From an uncultured Verrucomicrobiae bacterium (GTDB taxonomy: Bacteria; Verrucomicrobiota; Verrucomicrobiia; Chthoniobacterales; JAFAMB01), in the NCBI GenBank assembly GCA_963782115.1, contig CAWAIK010000001.1:192001-256000 (forward strand): DNA of 64,000 nucleotides, written 5' to 3'. Under the pieces are notes generated by a model that worked only from the letters and a program-made list of their open reading frames with translations, was not told where the DNA came from and did not search any database. Both the position numbers and the translations under genes were made by a program. Position 1 is the first letter of the stretch, and every line of letters starts with the position of its first letter. Positions 62,386-64,000 of the stretch are shown piece by piece.

Positions 62386-63543
62386 TCAGCGCGCTCCCCG
62401 CCAGGCTGAATCGGTGCGGAGACTTCGGTGGGGTGTTTGCCGATCACCTCTTCCAACCTGAAGACGTAACCAACTTGGATTCGCCTCGAATATTCCATTT
62501 TCGTCATGCAAAACAACCGCCTGACTGGTGCCTTCAAACAGCGCGCGAAACTTTCCTTCCGATTCGCGCAATAGATGTTCCGACCGCGCGCGATTCGATT
62601 CTTCCAGCGCCAGCGAAACCATTGACGCGAGCGCTGAAACAAAGTCAATCTCCTCCGCCGACCAATCGCGAGGTGGGCCGGTATGCTCGTGGCAAAGAAC
62701 ACCGACGACCTCGCCGCAAACCCAAACGGGTGCGTCGAGCATGGAAGAAATGCCGAGCGGCTTGAGGTAATTTTCCGCCAAGCCGCTCGTGGCCGGGTGG
62801 GTCAATACGCGGTCGGCAACGATGGGCCGTTTGGCGGCTAACGCCTCAAAATAGGCGGGACAATCAGAGAAGCCCAGCCGAGTTCCAGCAGCACGTCGCG
62901 GTGTATCTGTACCTGCTCGCCGTGTTCGCGCAACTGTTCTTCAGCGTGCTTGAGTTGCTCGTTCGATCGCACGAGTTCGATCGTGCGCTCGGCCACTCGC
63001 TTCTCAAGCGAGGCGTTGAGCTGACGAATTTCGCTCTCCGCCCGCTTGCGCTCCTCGCGCGTGCGGAGCGCCATTACTCCATACGCCAGGTTGTTCGCTA
63101 AATCTGTATATTGCTCGATCGCACTTTCAGTGAAGGCAATTTGTCAGGTGGGGTTTGCGCTCCTGTGCGATCAGGCCAATCCTGAGTTTGCCAACGGGCA
63201 CGCGGGCGTGTTCGCCGTCCAAGCGGGTATCAAGACCCGCACTGGCCTGCAACTCCAGGACATTCTGTCGGTCATTGAGCGTCCAAATGCGAGCGAAAGC
63301 CCCGTCGAGGTGACGCACGATGGCCGATGCGCTGCGCTGCAGGATAGTTTGCAATGAGCTGTCGGTCCCGCTCGAGAACGCCGCATGAATATCTGCACGC
63401 AGCGCCCCTTGGCGCGCGCGCCTCGCCTGTAGTTCTTCGGCCCGTTTCAATTCCGTAATGTCTGTCGCGATGCCGCAAACCGCGTACGGTTTGGCTGTGC
63501 GGTCCCGCAGCAGAAATTTAACCTGGGCTTGTCGATAGAGCAT
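62386..63543 (-). pseudogene. Fragmented GAF/PAS sensor protein
   Basis: Separate frames give GIATDITE + GAF (FARIWTL), a coiled-coil linker (LEKRVAERT), and GAF/PAS pieces (SMLDAPV, VLCHEH, LFEGTSQAV). No kinase core. Confidence 0.8.
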
Positions 63544-63614
63544 CCACCGATAATCGTAAATGGAACCAAAGACCCGCTACTGCCACGATCGCCCTTTACC
63601 ACAGGACGACAACC

Positions 63615-64000
63615 ATGAACACCAAGGATCTCATCCGCCTCGGCGTGCCTGCGGGCAAACCGATCCAGCTTGCGCACGAGTTCATCCAGAAATTCATGGC
63701 ACAGGGCAACGACGGCGCGCAGTTGGAGGTCGAGATTTTCAACATTGTCGCGGATCCGCCCGCGTTCTTCGCAGACGAGCTGCGGGCGCAGCTGGCTCGC
63801 GCGATCTATCGCCCGGTCTTTCCGGGGCGTCTGGAACTCGCGCCGTGGCGCCAATGGGGCGAAGGACTCGAAGCTGAGGCGGTGAAGCAGATGACCAATG
63901 CGTGTGCGTTACCGGTTGCCGTGGCGGGCGCGCTCATGCCTGATGCACACGTGGGCTACGGACTGCCGATCGGCGGCGTGCTCGCGACTGACAACGCGGT
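63615..64000 (+). CDS. rtcB: RtcB-family RNA ligase, N-terminal part; runs off the right edge
   Basis: Manual translation: MNTKDLIRLG...QMTNACALP...ALMPDAHVGYGLPIGGVLATDNA. Confidence 0.92.
   Translation, partial: MNTKDLIRLGVPAGKPIQLAHEFIQKFMAQGNDGAQLEVEIFNIVADPPAFFADELRAQLARAIYRPVFPGRLELAPWRQWGEGLEAEAVKQMTNACALPVAVAGALMPDAHVGYGLPIGGVLATDNA

Noticed and set aside
63555..63614. Sigma54 promoter upstream of rtcB
   Set aside because: TGGAAC is present, but the GG-to-GC spacing is 12 rather than 10.

Overview
GC-rich bacterial chromosomal window. A diderm soil organism is likely, given the LolA-like protein and periplasmic binding proteins; taxonomy cannot be fixed from this window alone. From left to right it holds: the 5' part of a SNF2-type helicase; a YddA-like ABC transporter; hybrid histidine kinases; a sugar ABC operon with a fused ATPase-permease; START and NTF2/SnoaL-like proteins; a signal-peptide protein made of about 38 tandem 13-aa repeats (MPTHPPQADLAFT); and a five-gene two-component island. 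Next is a lipid/polyketide cluster of about 18 kb: a KS-AT-DH-cMT-ER-KR-ACP PKS without TE, a stand-alone condensation domain, a desaturase, a LolCDE-like ABC transporter, a LolA-like protein and a creatininase, with divergent AsnB-like, amidase and TPR genes. The right part has a sugar/polyol uptake and catabolism operon, a CTAG-bounded MITE, a secreted (alpha/alpha)6 glycoside hydrolase, a group II intron 3' remnant beside REP-like palindromes, and the 5' end of rtcB. Many genes carry frameshifts, truncations or internal deletions, which may be real decay or assembly error. The best candidates for an undescribed system are the PKS/C-domain/Lol-like export cluster and the synonymously conserved repeat protein. 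All calls come from reading motifs by eye; no database searches were run.
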